Under the pieces are notes generated by a model. The model was given only the letters and a program-made list of their open reading frames with translations. It was not told the origin of the DNA and made no database searches. This document shows positions 37,695-48,499 of a stretch of 64,000 bases of DNA, piece by piece. Source of the stretch: a virus; IMG/VR virus record IMGVR_UViG_3300032607_001425, positions 1 to 64,000 of that record; one strand, written 5' to 3'. Within the stretch, counting starts at the first letter, position 1, and each line of letters opens with the position of its first letter. The position numbers and the translations under genes were made by a program.

Positions 37695-39326
37695 TTACAT
37701 GAACTGAGAAGGATCTATTCCTGCTTGTTCATCTTTAGGTTTTATATTTGTAATAACACATTCTGTGATTAACATTGTTCCTGCAACTGATGCTGCATTC
37801 TCTAAAGCGAGTCTTGTCACTTTAGTTGGATCAATAATTCCTTCTTTAAGCATATCAACATACTCTCCTACTCTTGGATTAAATCCAACCCACTTATCTC
37901 CACCTACTAAGTATGCTTCTCTCTCTTCGATTACTTGTTGAGTTTCTCCTGCATTTAGTAGTATTTGTTCGAATGGCTTTCTGATTGCTCTCATTACAAT
38001 ATTGAATCCTTTTTCTTGATCTGGATGAGAAGCTACTAGTGGATTTTCGAATAAGTAAAATGCTGCATTTAGTAAAGCAATTCCTCCACCTGGAAGTATT
38101 CCTTCTTGTAGTGCTGCTTTAGTTGCATGAAGAGCATCGTCTACTCTGTCTTTCTTTTCTTTCATTTCAACTTCAGTATGACCTCCAACATGAATCATAG
38201 CTACTCCTCCAATAAGTTTTGCTAACCTGTCTTGTAAGATTTCAATCTCATAAGGTGAAACTGTATTCTCAATTTGCTCTTTCAGCTCTTCGATTCTTTT
38301 TGTAATAGCTTCTTCAGTTCCTTTACCATCTACAATGGTAGTGTCATCTTTACCTACTGTTACTTTTCTTGAATTACCAAACCATTGTAAATCAAACTTA
38401 TCCAACTTCATTCCTTTTTCTTCAGACACAACTGTACCTCCTGTTAGGGCTGCAATGTCCTCAAGCATAGCTTTCTTCTTGTCTCCGAACTCAGGAGCCT
38501 TAACTGCTACTACTCTAAGAATTCCCCTCATTTTGTTTACAACTAATGTTGAAAGAGCTTCTCCGTCAATATCATCTGCAATGATAAGTAAGTCTTTGTT
38601 TTGTTGCGATACTGATTCTAGTAGTGGAAGTAGTTCTTTGATTGCTTGAATTCTCTTATCTGTGATAAGGATTAAAGGATTGTTGAGTACTGAAGTCATT
38701 GTATTGTTGTCTGTAACAAAGTATGGAGATTTGTATCCTCTATTGAATTGCATACCCTCTACAGTCTCAAGATAAGTTTCTCCTGTCTTAGATTCTTCAA
38801 TAGTTACCAATCCATCTCTACCAACTTTATCCATTGCTGTTGCAATAAGATTTCCTACTTCTGGATCATTGTTCCCTGAGATTGTTGCTACTTGTTTGAT
38901 TTGCTCTTCTTCAGTAACTTCTTTTGAGTAATCCTCTCTAAGGTATTTGATTACTGCTTTGGTTGCAATATCAATTCCTCTTTTAATTTCTACCGCATTT
39001 GAATTTTCTAGTTCAGATAATCCTTGGCTATAAATTTCTCTTGCAAGTAATGTTGCTGTGGTAGTTCCATCTCCAGCTAACCTGGCTGATTCTATTGCTA
39101 CTTGCTTTACAGCTTGTGCTCCAGTATTTTCAATTGGATCTTCCAATTCTACTTCTTTGGCTACTGTTACACCATCCTTTGTTGAGGTTGGGTTACCTCC
39201 TTGTTGTTGAATAAAAACATTTCGACCTGATGGTCCTAATGTACATACAACTGCATCTGCTAGTTGGTTTACTCCTGATAGTAATTTCTCTCTAGCTTCT
39301 TTTGAAAAACTAATTTGTTTTGACAT
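37695..39326 (-). CDS. groEL: chaperonin GroEL
   Basis: [42 protein letters not shown]. Confidence 0.97.
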   Translation of the reverse strand: MSKQISFSKEAREKLLSGVNQLADAVVCTLGPSGRNVFIQQQGGNPTSTKDGVTVAKEVELEDPIENTGAQAVKQVAIESARLAGDGTTTATLLAREIYSQGLSELENSNAVEIKRGIDIATKAVIKYLREDYSKEVTEEEQIKQVATISGNNDPEVGNLIATAMDKVGRDGLVTIEESKTGETYLETVEGMQFNRGYKSPYFVTDNNTMTSVLNNPLILITDKRIQAIKELLPLLESVSQQNKDLLIIADDIDGEALSTLVVNKMRGILRVVAVKAPEFGDKKKAMLEDIAALTGGTVVSEEKGMKLDKFDLQWFGNSRKVTVGKDDTTIVDGKGTEEAITKRIEELKEQIENTVSPYEIEILQDRLAKLIGGVAMIHVGGHTEVEMKEKKDRVDDALHATKAALQEGILPGGGIALLNAAFYLFENPLVASHPDQEKGFNIVMRAIRKPFEQILLNAGETQQVIEEREAYLVGGDKWVGFNPRVGEYVDMLKEGIIDPTKVTRLALENAASVAGTMLITECVITNIKPKDEQAGIDPSQFM

Positions 39327-39382
39327 ACTCTTTTTTAATTAAAACTTTTTAATAATATAACTAATATTTCTCTAATATACAA

Positions 39383-40018
39383 CTAAATAAATTCCATTGT
39401 TGATTTATTTTTATTTCTACCTGATAGCCAGGCTTGTAAAGTTGCTGGTAGTACTCCTATTGCTTTTGCTGCTGCTCGAACTGTCTCATAAACCTGTTCT
39501 GTCTCTGTATCCCGAACTGCTCTTGCACTTGGATTATTTGCTCCTTTCCAACTCTCTGCACCAGTCTTTGCCATCCTTATCTCTCGAAACTTCTGCCTTG
39601 TTATTTCTGAAGGTTTATTTCCTTTAAGTGAGTTTGATAGGTTCTTTTTATGCTCTTCTGTTCTTGGAGGCTTCTTCTTACCTCTATTACCATCTCCTAT
39701 TCTATTTGCTGTTTCTTGTGAGCAGTGTCCAGTTCTATCGTTTGTTTGAGTCAGTCGAAGATTTAATCCACCCTCTCCCAGTACGTTAAAGAAATCTTGC
39801 CAGTGTCTCTCACGGACGTTCAATTGATCTATCTCACACTCTTCCACTACTTCAAAGATATGCTCAGAGAAACCATATTTTACTAGTGAAACATATAGCT
39901 TTTTTTGATTTTTGCAACTCTGTAGGTGGCTGTATTCTCGTCGTCTCTTTTTTAGGTTGACCGATTGTCCAATATAAACTTTTCCACTTGGACTTGTAAT
40001 TTTGTAAATTCCTACCAT
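39383..40018 (-). CDS. GIY-YIG homing endonuclease with NUMOD3/HTH tail
   Basis: GIYKITSPSGKVYIGQS. Confidence 0.9.
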   Translation of the reverse strand: MVGIYKITSPSGKVYIGQSVNLKKRRREYSHLQSCKNQKKLYVSLVKYGFSEHIFEVVEECEIDQLNVRERHWQDFFNVLGEGGLNLRLTQTNDRTGHCSQETANRIGDGNRGKKKPPRTEEHKKNLSNSLKGNKPSEITRQKFREIRMAKTGAESWKGANNPSARAVRDTETEQVYETVRAAAKAIGVLPATLQAWLSGRNKNKSTMEFI

Positions 40019-40112
40019 AATAAAAAAAGCTTAGGCTTTCAAGATTGGAGACTCTACTTGCCATAAGCTTTAGTTGATATTTTCTTTAAATATGTAGCTC
40101 CAATTCTACGTA
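40019..40112 (-). ncRNA. conserved structured leader RNA, copy A
   Basis: GUAG-AAUUGGAG-CUAC; AAAGCUUA-U-GGC-AAGUA-GAG-UCUCCAAU-CUU-GAAA-GCC-UAAGCUUU-U run-AUG. Confidence 0.8.
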
Positions 40113-40146
40113 TATAAATAGCAACTTTTTGTAGAAACCTACCAAA

Positions 40147-40449
40147 CTACTCTGCCTTCCTAATGGTAGCAAGGATTTCTCTGTCTGGTGTAATGAAGTA
40201 CTCTTGACCTTCAAAGTCAATACGAATGGTTCCTATCTTAGGAATCAATACAATGTCTCCTACTTTAGCTTCTACTCTAATAAATTGTCCAAATTCAGAC
40301 TGGCGTCCTGGACCTACGGAAACTACTTCACCCATTTCTGGTCTTTCTTTTCCCATGTCTGGAATGATAATACTTCCAAACCTTTCTTCTCCTGACTCTA
40401 CAGGCTTAACGATAACTCTATCGCTGTTTGCTGATAACTGTTGTGACAT
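40147..40449 (-). CDS. groES: co-chaperonin GroES
   Basis: DRVIVK, IIIPD..KE.P..GEVVSVGPG, VGD, EILA. Confidence 0.95.
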   Translation of the reverse strand: MSQQLSANSDRVIVKPVESGEERFGSIIIPDMGKERPEMGEVVSVGPGRQSEFGQFIRVEAKVGDIVLIPKIGTIRIDFEGQEYFITPDREILATIRKAE

Positions 40450-40513
40450 AAACTGATTTTAATTTAAAACTTATTTCTATTAATATAACAATAAATAGTA
40501 CGTGAGACAACTT

Positions 40514-42886
40514 CTAATGTCCTTCAGCAAAGTTATTTGCTAATTGTGGTGGTGCTTTTAATGTTACTCCTGGTAGTTGTGTTGTTAGTTCCATTAACTC
40601 TTTTACGTATGGCATAAACATTTCTGCTTGATCTTCTCTTACGTTTATAATTAACTGGTCATGAATTTGAGCTTGCACTCTTGCATCTACTCCTAACTCT
40701 TTTGCCTTTCTGTTAATTTGAATTGCTGCTCTGTTTACAACCGCTGCTGCTAGACTCTGTAATTGAAAATTTAAACAGTTATTGATTCCATTTCGATAAT
40801 CCATGTACATTTTGTTGACTGGATCTTTTCCATATCTACTCTCTAGATCTTTTCTAAATCTCCAATCCAATACCTGATCTCCAAACTTTTCAAAGATCTG
40901 TTTTACTTTTGGTAAATGTCTAATCCTTCCTACTTTATTTGTAACAAATCCATGAGTCTTTGCTTGGTTACGTGAAGCAATCATCCATTCTCTTAGTTGT
41001 GGGAATCCACTTAAGTATCCTTCGACCAATTTATCTCCTTCCTTAGCAGAGATTCCCAATGTCATTGCTAATGCATATCCTGACATTCCATATGCTACTC
41101 CTAAAGAGTATGACTTTGCTTGTTGTCTTTTGACTGGATCTAGTTTTTTTAGAAAGATTGGTGACTTGGTATCTGGTGATACTCCGTTTGGATACCTTAG
41201 TGTATTTTGATCTAACTTTTCTGTCTTGATTGCAATTGTAGAATAAAAGTCCCATCCATTGTTAAAAATATCCTGCAGTCCTTTATCTCCTGATACACTT
41301 GCAAAGCAGTGAGGTTCTAATGAAGTATAGTCATTATCAATCAACTTTCTACCTTCCCCAGCAATTAGAAATTCTCTTACTACATTTGTGTAATGTACAA
41401 GTAGTGCAGTTTCTTCTCCCTCCTCTTTTGGCTTTGGAAGTTGTTGAGCATCTGAACCGTAACGTCCTGATACTGTTCCATTTTGCTTGTAGTAAAAATA
41501 GTATCGTCCATCCTCTTGTCCGTCTAAGAATCTATCAATGTATGTTGATTTGATCTTAACTAATTTATTGTACGTTCTAAGATTATTGGCCCACTCATAC
41601 GTCTTAGCAAGCTCCTCTAACATATCCATATCAAATTGGTCTTGACCTTTCTTTGTTTGAGTAAGTGGTTTGATTCCCATATACTTAAATGCAATCTCAC
41701 CTAAGTGTTTCTTTGATTGGATGTTTAAGTACACTCCCTCATTCTCATCTTTCCACATTGACATAGAAATTCTAACAACTTCCATTTGATCTAATAAACT
41801 TAGATCTCCTGTTTGAAGGAATTGTTTTATGTTATCGTCGTCTAGGTTGTCGATGTCTTTTTTTGCTAAAGAATATTTCTTTGTTTTCTCACTTCTTGGT
41901 AATGGTAGTGAGTACATCATTGCTAAGTTCTGAGCCCAGTTACCTCTATGTGAAGGTGGATACGTTGCTAGTGCTGTATCTACTACCCATTCTTTTGCTT
42001 CTGGAATTGCTAGGATGCTGTCTATTACAATTTTCTTGTTTGCTTCTAAATCTCTTATGATATCCTCTTTGGTCTTTTCCAATAGTGGAAGATCCAATGC
42101 TACTCCTAACTCTTCCATTGGAACAGTAACTTCTCTGTAAAGAGGCATTACTTCTTCCTCAAAGAAAAAAGTTTCTAGGTTTTCTTGTCTTAAAACTTTT
42201 AAGAAATGATTACAAACTCTAAGAGTCAAATCGGTATCGGCTGCTGCATACTTGGATAAAATCTCCATATCTGCTTTGAAGATCTCGTAGTTGTCTTTTG
42301 TAATAGATCCTCCATTCTTTTTAATAGACTCCTTAAGCTCTACCTGTTCTTTGTTGGCTGCTTGTTGTACATCCAATCCAATCTCTTCTTGAATAGAAAT
42401 TGCCAGTGCCTTTAGTCCAAACACTCCCATACCTGCTCCTTCTTCTTGTACTGTATGAACAAGTAGTGCTGTATCAACCCAAAGATCTTCTAATAGAGAT
42501 ACTCCGTAGTAGTTTTTAGTATAACGGCAGTCAAAAGAAGCATTGTGCATTACCAGCTTCTTGCCCTTGAGCAGCGGGAGTAGCTTCTTAGTAATACCAT
42601 GTGCTCCTTTGCCGCCAATGATACATTCCTCTAATTGATTTGTTTCGTTATTCCATTTCTGAGTTGGGAGGTAAAATCCTATTCCTTCTTCACCTGATAC
42701 AGACCATCCTACAATAGATCCTTTTCTTACATTTAACCCATCTGTTTCTGTATCATAAGCAATAACCTCAGACTGATTGATATGTTCGATAAGAAGGTTG
42801 ACTGTGTCGATACTGTCAACGTGGTAGTATTTTTTTTCTATTTGCATAACCTTTTTATATTTGTAATAAGATACAAAAAGAGTCAC
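40514..42886 (-). CDS. polA: DNA polymerase family A with 3'-5' exonuclease
   Basis: DTETDGL, HNASFD, YAAAD; DYTSLE; RQQAKSYSLGVAYG; QIHDQ; likely start MQIEK (42847). Confidence 0.95.
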   Translation of the reverse strand: MTLFVSYYKYKKVMQIEKKYYHVDSIDTVNLLIEHINQSEVIAYDTETDGLNVRKGSIVGWSVSGEEGIGFYLPTQKWNNETNQLEECIIGGKGAHGITKKLLPLLKGKKLVMHNASFDCRYTKNYYGVSLLEDLWVDTALLVHTVQEEGAGMGVFGLKALAISIQEEIGLDVQQAANKEQVELKESIKKNGGSITKDNYEIFKADMEILSKYAAADTDLTLRVCNHFLKVLRQENLETFFFEEEVMPLYREVTVPMEELGVALDLPLLEKTKEDIIRDLEANKKIVIDSILAIPEAKEWVVDTALATYPPSHRGNWAQNLAMMYSLPLPRSEKTKKYSLAKKDIDNLDDDNIKQFLQTGDLSLLDQMEVVRISMSMWKDENEGVYLNIQSKKHLGEIAFKYMGIKPLTQTKKGQDQFDMDMLEELAKTYEWANNLRTYNKLVKIKSTYIDRFLDGQEDGRYYFYYKQNGTVSGRYGSDAQQLPKPKEEGEETALLVHYTNVVREFLIAGEGRKLIDNDYTSLEPHCFASVSGDKGLQDIFNNGWDFYSTIAIKTEKLDQNTLRYPNGVSPDTKSPIFLKKLDPVKRQQAKSYSLGVAYGMSGYALAMTLGISAKEGDKLVEGYLSGFPQLREWMIASRNQAKTHGFVTNKVGRIRHLPKVKQIFEKFGDQVLDWRFRKDLESRYGKDPVNKMYMDYRNGINNCLNFQLQSLAAAVVNRAAIQINRKAKELGVDARVQAQIHDQLIINVREDQAEMFMPYVKELMELTTQLPGVTLKAPPQLANNFAEGH

Positions 42887-42913
42887 ATTTCTGCAACTCT
42901 TTTTCTATTTATT

Positions 42914-43105
42914 TTACTCTGGATTGTTCGTTAAATCAGCATCGAGAATGCTGTTATGTAGATCAGACACTATACTATCTAGTGATTCTAACATTTTTAC
43001 ATTACTTGCTGTTTGCATAGCCTGTAATGCCACTGCTAACGGAACCATCTGCACTCCTTGTACATCCTGTGCACTTGCCTGTAGGTATTGTTCTAACTCT
43101 TCCAT
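42914..43105 (-). CDS. hypothetical protein
   Basis: 63 aa ORF in operon. Confidence 0.55.
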   Translation of the reverse strand: MEELEQYLQASAQDVQGVQMVPLAVALQAMQTASNVKMLESLDSIVSDLHNSILDADLTNNPE

Positions 43106-43890
43106 ACTGCTGTCTTATGTGCTTGGTTGAGTAAAAACTGTACATTACTCTCAATTAGTTCACGATTAACACTTGACATATCAAACGTCTCTAAGAAGTT
43201 ATGAGGTGTAGGGGTGCGTGTTGTATGATCTTTTGTAAAATCCTGTCCTAGAGACGCTGCAAACACTGGATATACTGAGTCAGTACTCCTCATCATTGGA
43301 TGATCATAGTATGCGAACTCTGTTGGATCTCCTTGTCCTAAACAGTGAATAGGCTTTACTAATAATCCTTTTTCCTTCAAGTAATCATATGCCATGTGAC
43401 GTGCTTCCTTAATTCCTTGATCGTCTGTATAATTTTCTAGGAATACATTTGGTACTGCTATTTTTGAAAATCCTATTATATCAATCCAACTTTGGTTTAT
43501 TGCCCAGTTGTATGCATTCAACCATGCTTCTTTAGTCTCTCCTTGTGGACAGAAAAAGATATCAATCGTTCCTAACAATCCTTCTTGCTCCATACGATCT
43601 CTAAACATTCTCGCATTAGCAATTGTATCCTCTTTATTAAATAAAACGTCTGGTGCTATTACTTCGTCAGGCATTAACTCTCTACAGATTTCAATTAAGA
43701 TATCTTCTGTTACCAATGCTCTTTCAGCTGCTGAGTTATCTAATGTAATGAACTTTCCTTGCTCTTTTTGATCTAGGATAAATGCTCTGTACTCTGGAAA
43801 CTGAACCCATAAGTGAGCCAATGCGAAGATGCGATCTCCCAACTTCATTGGCTCTAAGTCACTTACTGGTGATATTACGTATACGTCCAT
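43093..43890 (-). CDS. dpdA: TGT-fold DpdA-like 7-deazaguanine transglycosylase (DpdA3-like)
   Basis: LDNSA, IAPDV, PQG, IGFS, HCLG, RSTDS; inside the folE/queD/queE cluster. Confidence 0.7.
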   Translation of the reverse strand: MDVYVISPVSDLEPMKLGDRIFALAHLWVQFPEYRAFILDQKEQGKFITLDNSAAERALVTEDILIEICRELMPDEVIAPDVLFNKEDTIANARMFRDRMEQEGLLGTIDIFFCPQGETKEAWLNAYNWAINQSWIDIIGFSKIAVPNVFLENYTDDQGIKEARHMAYDYLKEKGLLVKPIHCLGQGDPTEFAYYDHPMMRSTDSVYPVFAASLGQDFTKDHTTRTPTPHNFLETFDMSSVNRELIESNVQFLLNQAHKTAVWKS

Positions 43891-43893
43891 TAT

Positions 43894-44649
43894 TTATTTT
43901 TTTAATTGTTTATATTCATATATTTGCTTTACCATACTAAAAAAATCCTGTTCTGGCAAATCCATTTTCATTTTATTAATGTGCTTATGAACCCACTGTA
44001 TATTTCCTAGTACATATCCCTGCTTTGAGTCTATCCTATCAAGAGAAGCTGTGCTAATCTCCTTTGCTCCAAGAGTTCCTTTACCCTTGTCTGAAAATTC
44101 TATCTGCATATTTGATATAGCACATCGTCTGTTTTGTTGTTCGTACAGCTCATACAAATACTGTGGAGTTACTAGCCATTGCTTCTTTCTTAATCTAGCA
44201 CCCTGTTCGTAACGTCTTATATCTCCCATTGGTATACATCCTACTTTTTCTACTAGATACTTTTGCAATCTACACTTTTCACACTGTGTTGATAAGCCTC
44301 TTGTTATGTGAGATGTTCTAATATGCTTTTCTGTTCCACAGTCGCATCTACAATTGTACTGACGTTCTAGTATATTTCCATTCTTCCTATATAGAAGTGT
44401 ATAGTCGTTCACGTCTATTACAGTCCACTTTCCAAAGCGTTTTCCAGTTACAATTCCTGCTTTTGGCTTTTTTGCATAGCAGGAGGTGCATTGCTTAGTA
44501 ACTCCTCTTAGTAGGTCTGTTTGTCGTTGTTGTTTAGTAAATCCACAATCACAGATACAATCAATCTTTTGAGCTGTGTGTGTTTGCGTAACTGTCCAAT
44601 GCCAGAAGCGATCTCCTGCTTGCACTTTAATAGTAGAAATATCAGCCAT
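43894..44649 (-). CDS. homing endonuclease (HNH/EndoVII-like)
   Basis: two GxRFGKWTV...CxCDCG repeats; QxxRCAIS, ASLDRIDSxxGYxxGNIQWV. Confidence 0.85.
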   Translation of the reverse strand: MADISTIKVQAGDRFWHWTVTQTHTAQKIDCICDCGFTKQQRQTDLLRGVTKQCTSCYAKKPKAGIVTGKRFGKWTVIDVNDYTLLYRKNGNILERQYNCRCDCGTEKHIRTSHITRGLSTQCEKCRLQKYLVEKVGCIPMGDIRRYEQGARLRKKQWLVTPQYLYELYEQQNRRCAISNMQIEFSDKGKGTLGAKEISTASLDRIDSKQGYVLGNIQWVHKHINKMKMDLPEQDFFSMVKQIYEYKQLKK

Positions 44650-44699
44650 AGTTATAGTATTTTATTATAAATATAGCCAATATTCCTAAAGCAAGATTT

Positions 44700-45350
44700 T
44701 TACAGTCTTGAGTTTTCAATCAAACTAAAAAACTCTTGGCGAGTGCCTATCTCATTGGTGTAGAAGTATTGGGATAGTTGAGATGTTTTCATTACACTTT
44801 CGTGATTCAAACCTCTACATCTTACACAATTATGCTGACTCTCAATAACTACTGCCACTCCTCTGTTACCAATACACAGCTTATCGACGTGGTCGTGGAT
44901 CTGCTTTGTAAGCGATTCCTGAACTTGTGGTCTGCGGCTGTAGAAGTCTACAATACGGTTCAACTTACTTAGTCCAATAACCTGATCTGTCTTTCCAGTT
45001 CCTGGGATGTATGCAACATGGGCCAATCCCAAAAATTGTAAATTATGGTGTCCACACATACTTATTACAGGAATTCGAGTCTGACAGATAAGTCCTGTGT
45101 ACCCTTCATCGTTAGGGAAGCTAGTAATAACTGGCTCGGCACTTACACTACCTGCAATAAGATCATTGATCCAAGCCTTTGCTACTCTCTTTGGAGTATT
45201 GGCTGAGTGTGGATCTTTTTCCCAATCAAATCCCAAAGCATTTAAAAACTGTCCATAGTAGATAGCTGCTTGGTCAATCATTTGGAGTTTCTCTTCTGCT
45301 GTACGTGGCATGTTTCCATTTGCCTTCTGTAACAATTCTAACTGTTTCAT
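44700..45350 (-). CDS. folE: GTP cyclohydrolase I
   Basis: TPKRVAK, SMCGHH, GLSKLNR, RPQVQE, HNCVxCRG, TRQEF. Confidence 0.92.
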   Translation of the reverse strand: MKQLELLQKANGNMPRTAEEKLQMIDQAAIYYGQFLNALGFDWEKDPHSANTPKRVAKAWINDLIAGSVSAEPVITSFPNDEGYTGLICQTRIPVISMCGHHNLQFLGLAHVAYIPGTGKTDQVIGLSKLNRIVDFYSRRPQVQESLTKQIHDHVDKLCIGNRGVAVVIESQHNCVRCRGLNHESVMKTSQLSQYFYTNEIGTRQEFFSLIENSRL

Positions 45351-45355
45351 ATAAC

Positions 45356-45829
45356 TTATATTTTGTTTTGTTCTTTTAATATACTAAATAATTCTGATAA
45401 TCCCAACTCATTATCTCTTTTTTCTGCTTCTTCGAATGTTAAAGTATCTTTTGGATCTTTACGAGCTTCAAACCTTCTTTTACGCTCTGCACTACTAACC
45501 TCCAACCATTTGTATTCTAACTCTACGTTCTTAAACTGCTCAGTAAGCCATCGTTCAATTGGTTGTAAAACTGTATACTGTCTGATTCCATCTATGATGT
45601 AACACTCTGGTGATCCTTCAGCGTAGGCCATGTAGTTCCAGATAGTCTTAACTATTTCATCTACAATTCTAGTATCAAGATGCTTGGAATTTTGTAACAC
45701 CTCTCTATCCTCAGATTGCATTAATTCCTTAACAAAATCTGAAACTATTAGCTTTACTGAATGCTCGTCGTTGTGGTTGTATGTGCTCTTGCCTGAGCAT
45801 ATCTCTCCAAATAAAAATACTACTTTCAT
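45356..45829 (-). CDS. P-loop nucleotide monophosphate kinase-like protein
   Basis: [19 protein letters not shown] lid. Confidence 0.7.
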   Translation of the reverse strand: MKVVFLFGEICSGKSTYNHNDEHSVKLIVSDFVKELMQSEDREVLQNSKHLDTRIVDEIVKTIWNYMAYAEGSPECYIIDGIRQYTVLQPIERWLTEQFKNVELEYKWLEVSSAERKRRFEARKDPKDTLTFEEAEKRDNELGLSELFSILKEQNKI

Positions 45830-46170
45830 TATTTCTCAACTATTCCAAAGAACTCTCCGTCTTCTGACACTGAGCACTTATCTAGGTTAAACTGTACTAG
45901 TAAATCCTCTGCAATATGCTCACAAGACATGCTTCCAAAGTTACAGCAGCTATATGTAGCATCGTACCACTTCTCTTGTATGTACGATCTAATTTTGTGC
46001 TTAAAATCAATAAACTCTGTTTCTCTATTTGAGTGACCTACTTCCAGCATGCATGCTACTTGGAATGTATGTCTGTGTGGATATTTTAGGTACTGTACAT
46101 TTGGTAGATTACAATCATCCCAACAGTGTAGTCCTTCTATATCAATTCTTACTTCTATACTTTTTTTCAT
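45829..46170 (-). CDS. QueD-like T-fold protein (DpdL-like)
   Basis: EGLHCW, YPHRHTF, RETEFI, MSCEHIA, VSEDGE; C-terminal 113 aa of ORF 45829..46893. Confidence 0.75.
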   Translation of the reverse strand: MKKSIEVRIDIEGLHCWDDCNLPNVQYLKYPHRHTFQVACMLEVGHSNRETEFIDFKHKIRSYIQEKWYDATYSCCNFGSMSCEHIAEDLLVQFNLDKCSVSEDGEFFGIVEK

Positions 46171-46776
46171 AATATTTCCTTTATACTTTCTTATTTTTAA
46201 ATTTTCTTCCCAACTAATAAATCGTAGGTTGGTTAAATCTGATACTTGTTCGGGAGTCCATCCTTCGTACCAGCAGTCTATTATTGGTCTTATGTGGTCA
46301 ATTTGATATGCTCCAGGTATTCCTGCCCTACCTCTTTTATCCTCAACATACCCTTCTATCTGCTCCTTTACTCGTTCAGTAAGTACCACTACTCTATTAC
46401 GAAACTGCTTATAAGTTTGTTGTGTATTGTGATACTTAAATTTACCATAATTTGGATTACGATCTCCTGCAGTACCTCCACTAAGCTGCTTAGTTTGTTT
46501 AATTTTCTCCCTAGTCACTTCATCCCTAGGCACTCCCCTATTCCATGCAGGCTTACCTTTACTTGGATTATTTTGAAGAAACCTTTGAGACTGTTTAAGT
46601 ACTGCTTCAGGATCTGACCATCGTTTATTATTACTTGCCGTTGTTGCACAGCTTTTGCATACCCGACCTTCTTTTTCAAACCGCTTAGCAGTGTCATCTG
46701 CTCTTTTTTGGCTATGTAATGATGTATTTTGAATTAAACTCCTACAGTCACTGCATATTCTACTTGATTTGTACAT
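46171..46776 (-). CDS. HNH homing endonuclease, in-frame with the QueD-like gene
   Basis: ATG 46776 after late promoter 46789; CxxC, PAWNRG, AYQIDHIRPI...NLRFISWEEN; no stop before MKKSIEV. Confidence 0.75.
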
Positions 46777-46831
46777 ACTATCTTTTAGTATAAATAGTAG
46801 GGAATTCACATTAACCGTTATATGGAACAGG

Positions 46832-47311
46832 TTACTTGTAGTCCTTTTCTCCCAACCATTGACCGTTGTAGGCCTCTGCATCGTTATTATCAAATACGAT
46901 AATTTGGGCCACTCTTGCGCCTTTTTCTATTGTAATTGGTCGAGTTGCAATAAGTACTGCTCCCATTTCATCCACATAGAAAGATGGATCATAAACTCCT
47001 GACGTAATGGTTGCTCCACATCTTAGAACACTTGATCTGTGTCTGATGAAAGCTGTCTTGTTACTTGGAAGTTTTACTCCTTGTTCGAATGTTAGGCTGT
47101 AGCTTCCTGGACTAAGATTATATACTATTTTACCTTCTTTGGTAAAGGTTGGTACTTCTAGGTACGGCAATACTACAGTCTTATCTGAGGATACTGTTCC
47201 TCCTACAATCTGCTTAACTTCTTTCAGAGTTAGATCATAACCTACTTGAGCTTTCGCCCCTTTACCATTTGCCTGTAGAAGCTGTTCTACTTGGTTTGCG
47301 TTGTTTAGCAT
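46832..47311 (-). CDS. dut: trimeric dUTPase / dCTP deaminase family
   Basis: GYDLT, RSSVLRCG, GVYDP, RVAQ, YNGQ. Confidence 0.75.
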   Translation of the reverse strand: MLNNANQVEQLLQANGKGAKAQVGYDLTLKEVKQIVGGTVSSDKTVVLPYLEVPTFTKEGKIVYNLSPGSYSLTFEQGVKLPSNKTAFIRHRSSVLRCGATITSGVYDPSFYVDEMGAVLIATRPITIEKGARVAQIIVFDNNDAEAYNGQWLGEKDYK

Positions 47312-47362
47312 AACTTTATTTTTTTACTAATATACAAAGAAGCCTCCGAAGAGGCAACTTTT

Positions 47363-47563
47363 TTATTCGATTATTTTAATAATTTTTGTCTGAGCTACTC
47401 GAATTACTTCGAAGTTGCTCTCTCCTTCAAACTCTTTATAGATCTTACTTTCTGCTTCTGTTGCTGAAACTGCATCTACTATATACTGCTCGTTTACTCT
47501 TTGTACTTTTCCCTTATCACTTTCGTGCTGTAACTGTACCGTTACTTGCCAATAATTGTTCAT
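47363..47563 (-). CDS. DUF4494-like protein
   Basis: EQYIVDAVSATEAE, IIKI. Confidence 0.7.
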   Translation of the reverse strand: MNNYWQVTVQLQHESDKGKVQRVNEQYIVDAVSATEAESKIYKEFEGESNFEVIRVAQTKIIKIIE

Positions 47564-47579
47564 GTTTATTTAATTTTAG

Positions 47580-47984
47580 TTATTTTTTTAAGTAATCTTG
47601 AATTGCTTCTGAGTCCTTTCTTTCCCATGGATAAATTATCCACTCATCCCCTTGGTGCACTTCTGCAAACATGCTTGGTGTAAATACTGATGTGTGAGGT
47701 TTATAATGGAGAACTGCTGTTGGAACTCCTTGCACTAGTGCTTTTAACGTTTCTCCTGTATCACAAATATCATCTATGACCAATGTACTTGCATTAATAG
47801 ATTCTACGTAAGGAATGTTCAGTCTGTGTGAGATCATTACTGCTGGTACCAATCCTCCTCTTTCAATTCCTGTTACACTTTTTATGTCAGGTCCTACTCT
47901 CTGAATTGTAATACATAGTTTGTTTACTAGTTCATCTACGTCATCCCAACTTAGATAAATTTTATTACCTGCTTTTAATGCCAT
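47580..47984 (-). CDS. phosphoribosyltransferase (xanthine-guanine PRT-like)
   Basis: SW, RGGLVPA, VIDDICDTGETL, WIIYPWE. Confidence 0.9.
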   Translation of the reverse strand: MALKAGNKIYLSWDDVDELVNKLCITIQRVGPDIKSVTGIERGGLVPAVMISHRLNIPYVESINASTLVIDDICDTGETLKALVQGVPTAVLHYKPHTSVFTPSMFAEVHQGDEWIIYPWERKDSEAIQDYLKK

Positions 47985-48262
47985 TACACTTTTGCTATTG
48001 TAATACCTTCTACTCCTGTAATAACAATCTCTCCTACTGCTAATTGTATTGTATCGTTTTGAAGTTCTGCTGTAACATACTTTACTAGTTCCTGTACCGA
48101 TACTTTATCTTTGAATCCAGCTTTGCTTGAATTGCTTACAATTAGTTCTAAGTTTGTAGCATCTATTAATTTGTAATCCCAGATGTAAAGTCCATCTGCT
48201 TTAGGATATGATTTTAAAAGGTCTCTGTCTTGTGCTAAATTAATTAGGTCTTGTAACGTCAT
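47984..48262 (-). CDS. hypothetical protein
   Basis: 92 aa ORF in operon. Confidence 0.65.
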   Translation of the reverse strand: MTLQDLINLAQDRDLLKSYPKADGLYIWDYKLIDATNLELIVSNSSKAGFKDKVSVQELVKYVTAELQNDTIQLAVGEIVITGVEGITIAKV

Positions 48263-48268
48263 TTTTAT

Positions 48269-48499
48269 TTATTTAATTGTGTATTTGGTTTTACCGTCTT
48301 GTGTTTGTGCTTTTATTTCTCCATTTGCTAGAACTGTTAGTTCTAGTTCAAACTCTTCTTTTAAAAGCCTCTTTACTGTAACAATGTTCATTGCCCTGTG
48401 CTTCCACATAGTGTGGAATACTCTTAATGTTTCCTCTGCATTTGCTTTTCTCATTACACTTCTCTTTGGTCCTGAAATGCAATTATGTGAGGTCTCCAA
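48269..48499 (-). CDS. hypothetical protein
   Basis: likely start MRKANAE coupled to the queE stop. Confidence 0.55.
   Translation of the reverse strand: METSHNCISGPKRSVMRKANAEETLRVFHTMWKHRAMNIVTVKRLLKEEFELELTVLANGEIKAQTQDGKTKYTIK

Noticed and set aside
39864-40064. Leader peptide MASR... inside the conserved leader element
   Set aside because: Its ATG is present in copies A and B but is ATA in copy C, the lengths differ, and the changes follow base pairing rather than codons.
40019-40112. Known ribozyme or riboswitch identity (hammerhead, pistol, c-di-GMP-I, lysine)
   Set aside because: Only local resemblances (GAAA, loop E, kissing loops); the defining cores are absent by eye. An Rfam scan is still needed.
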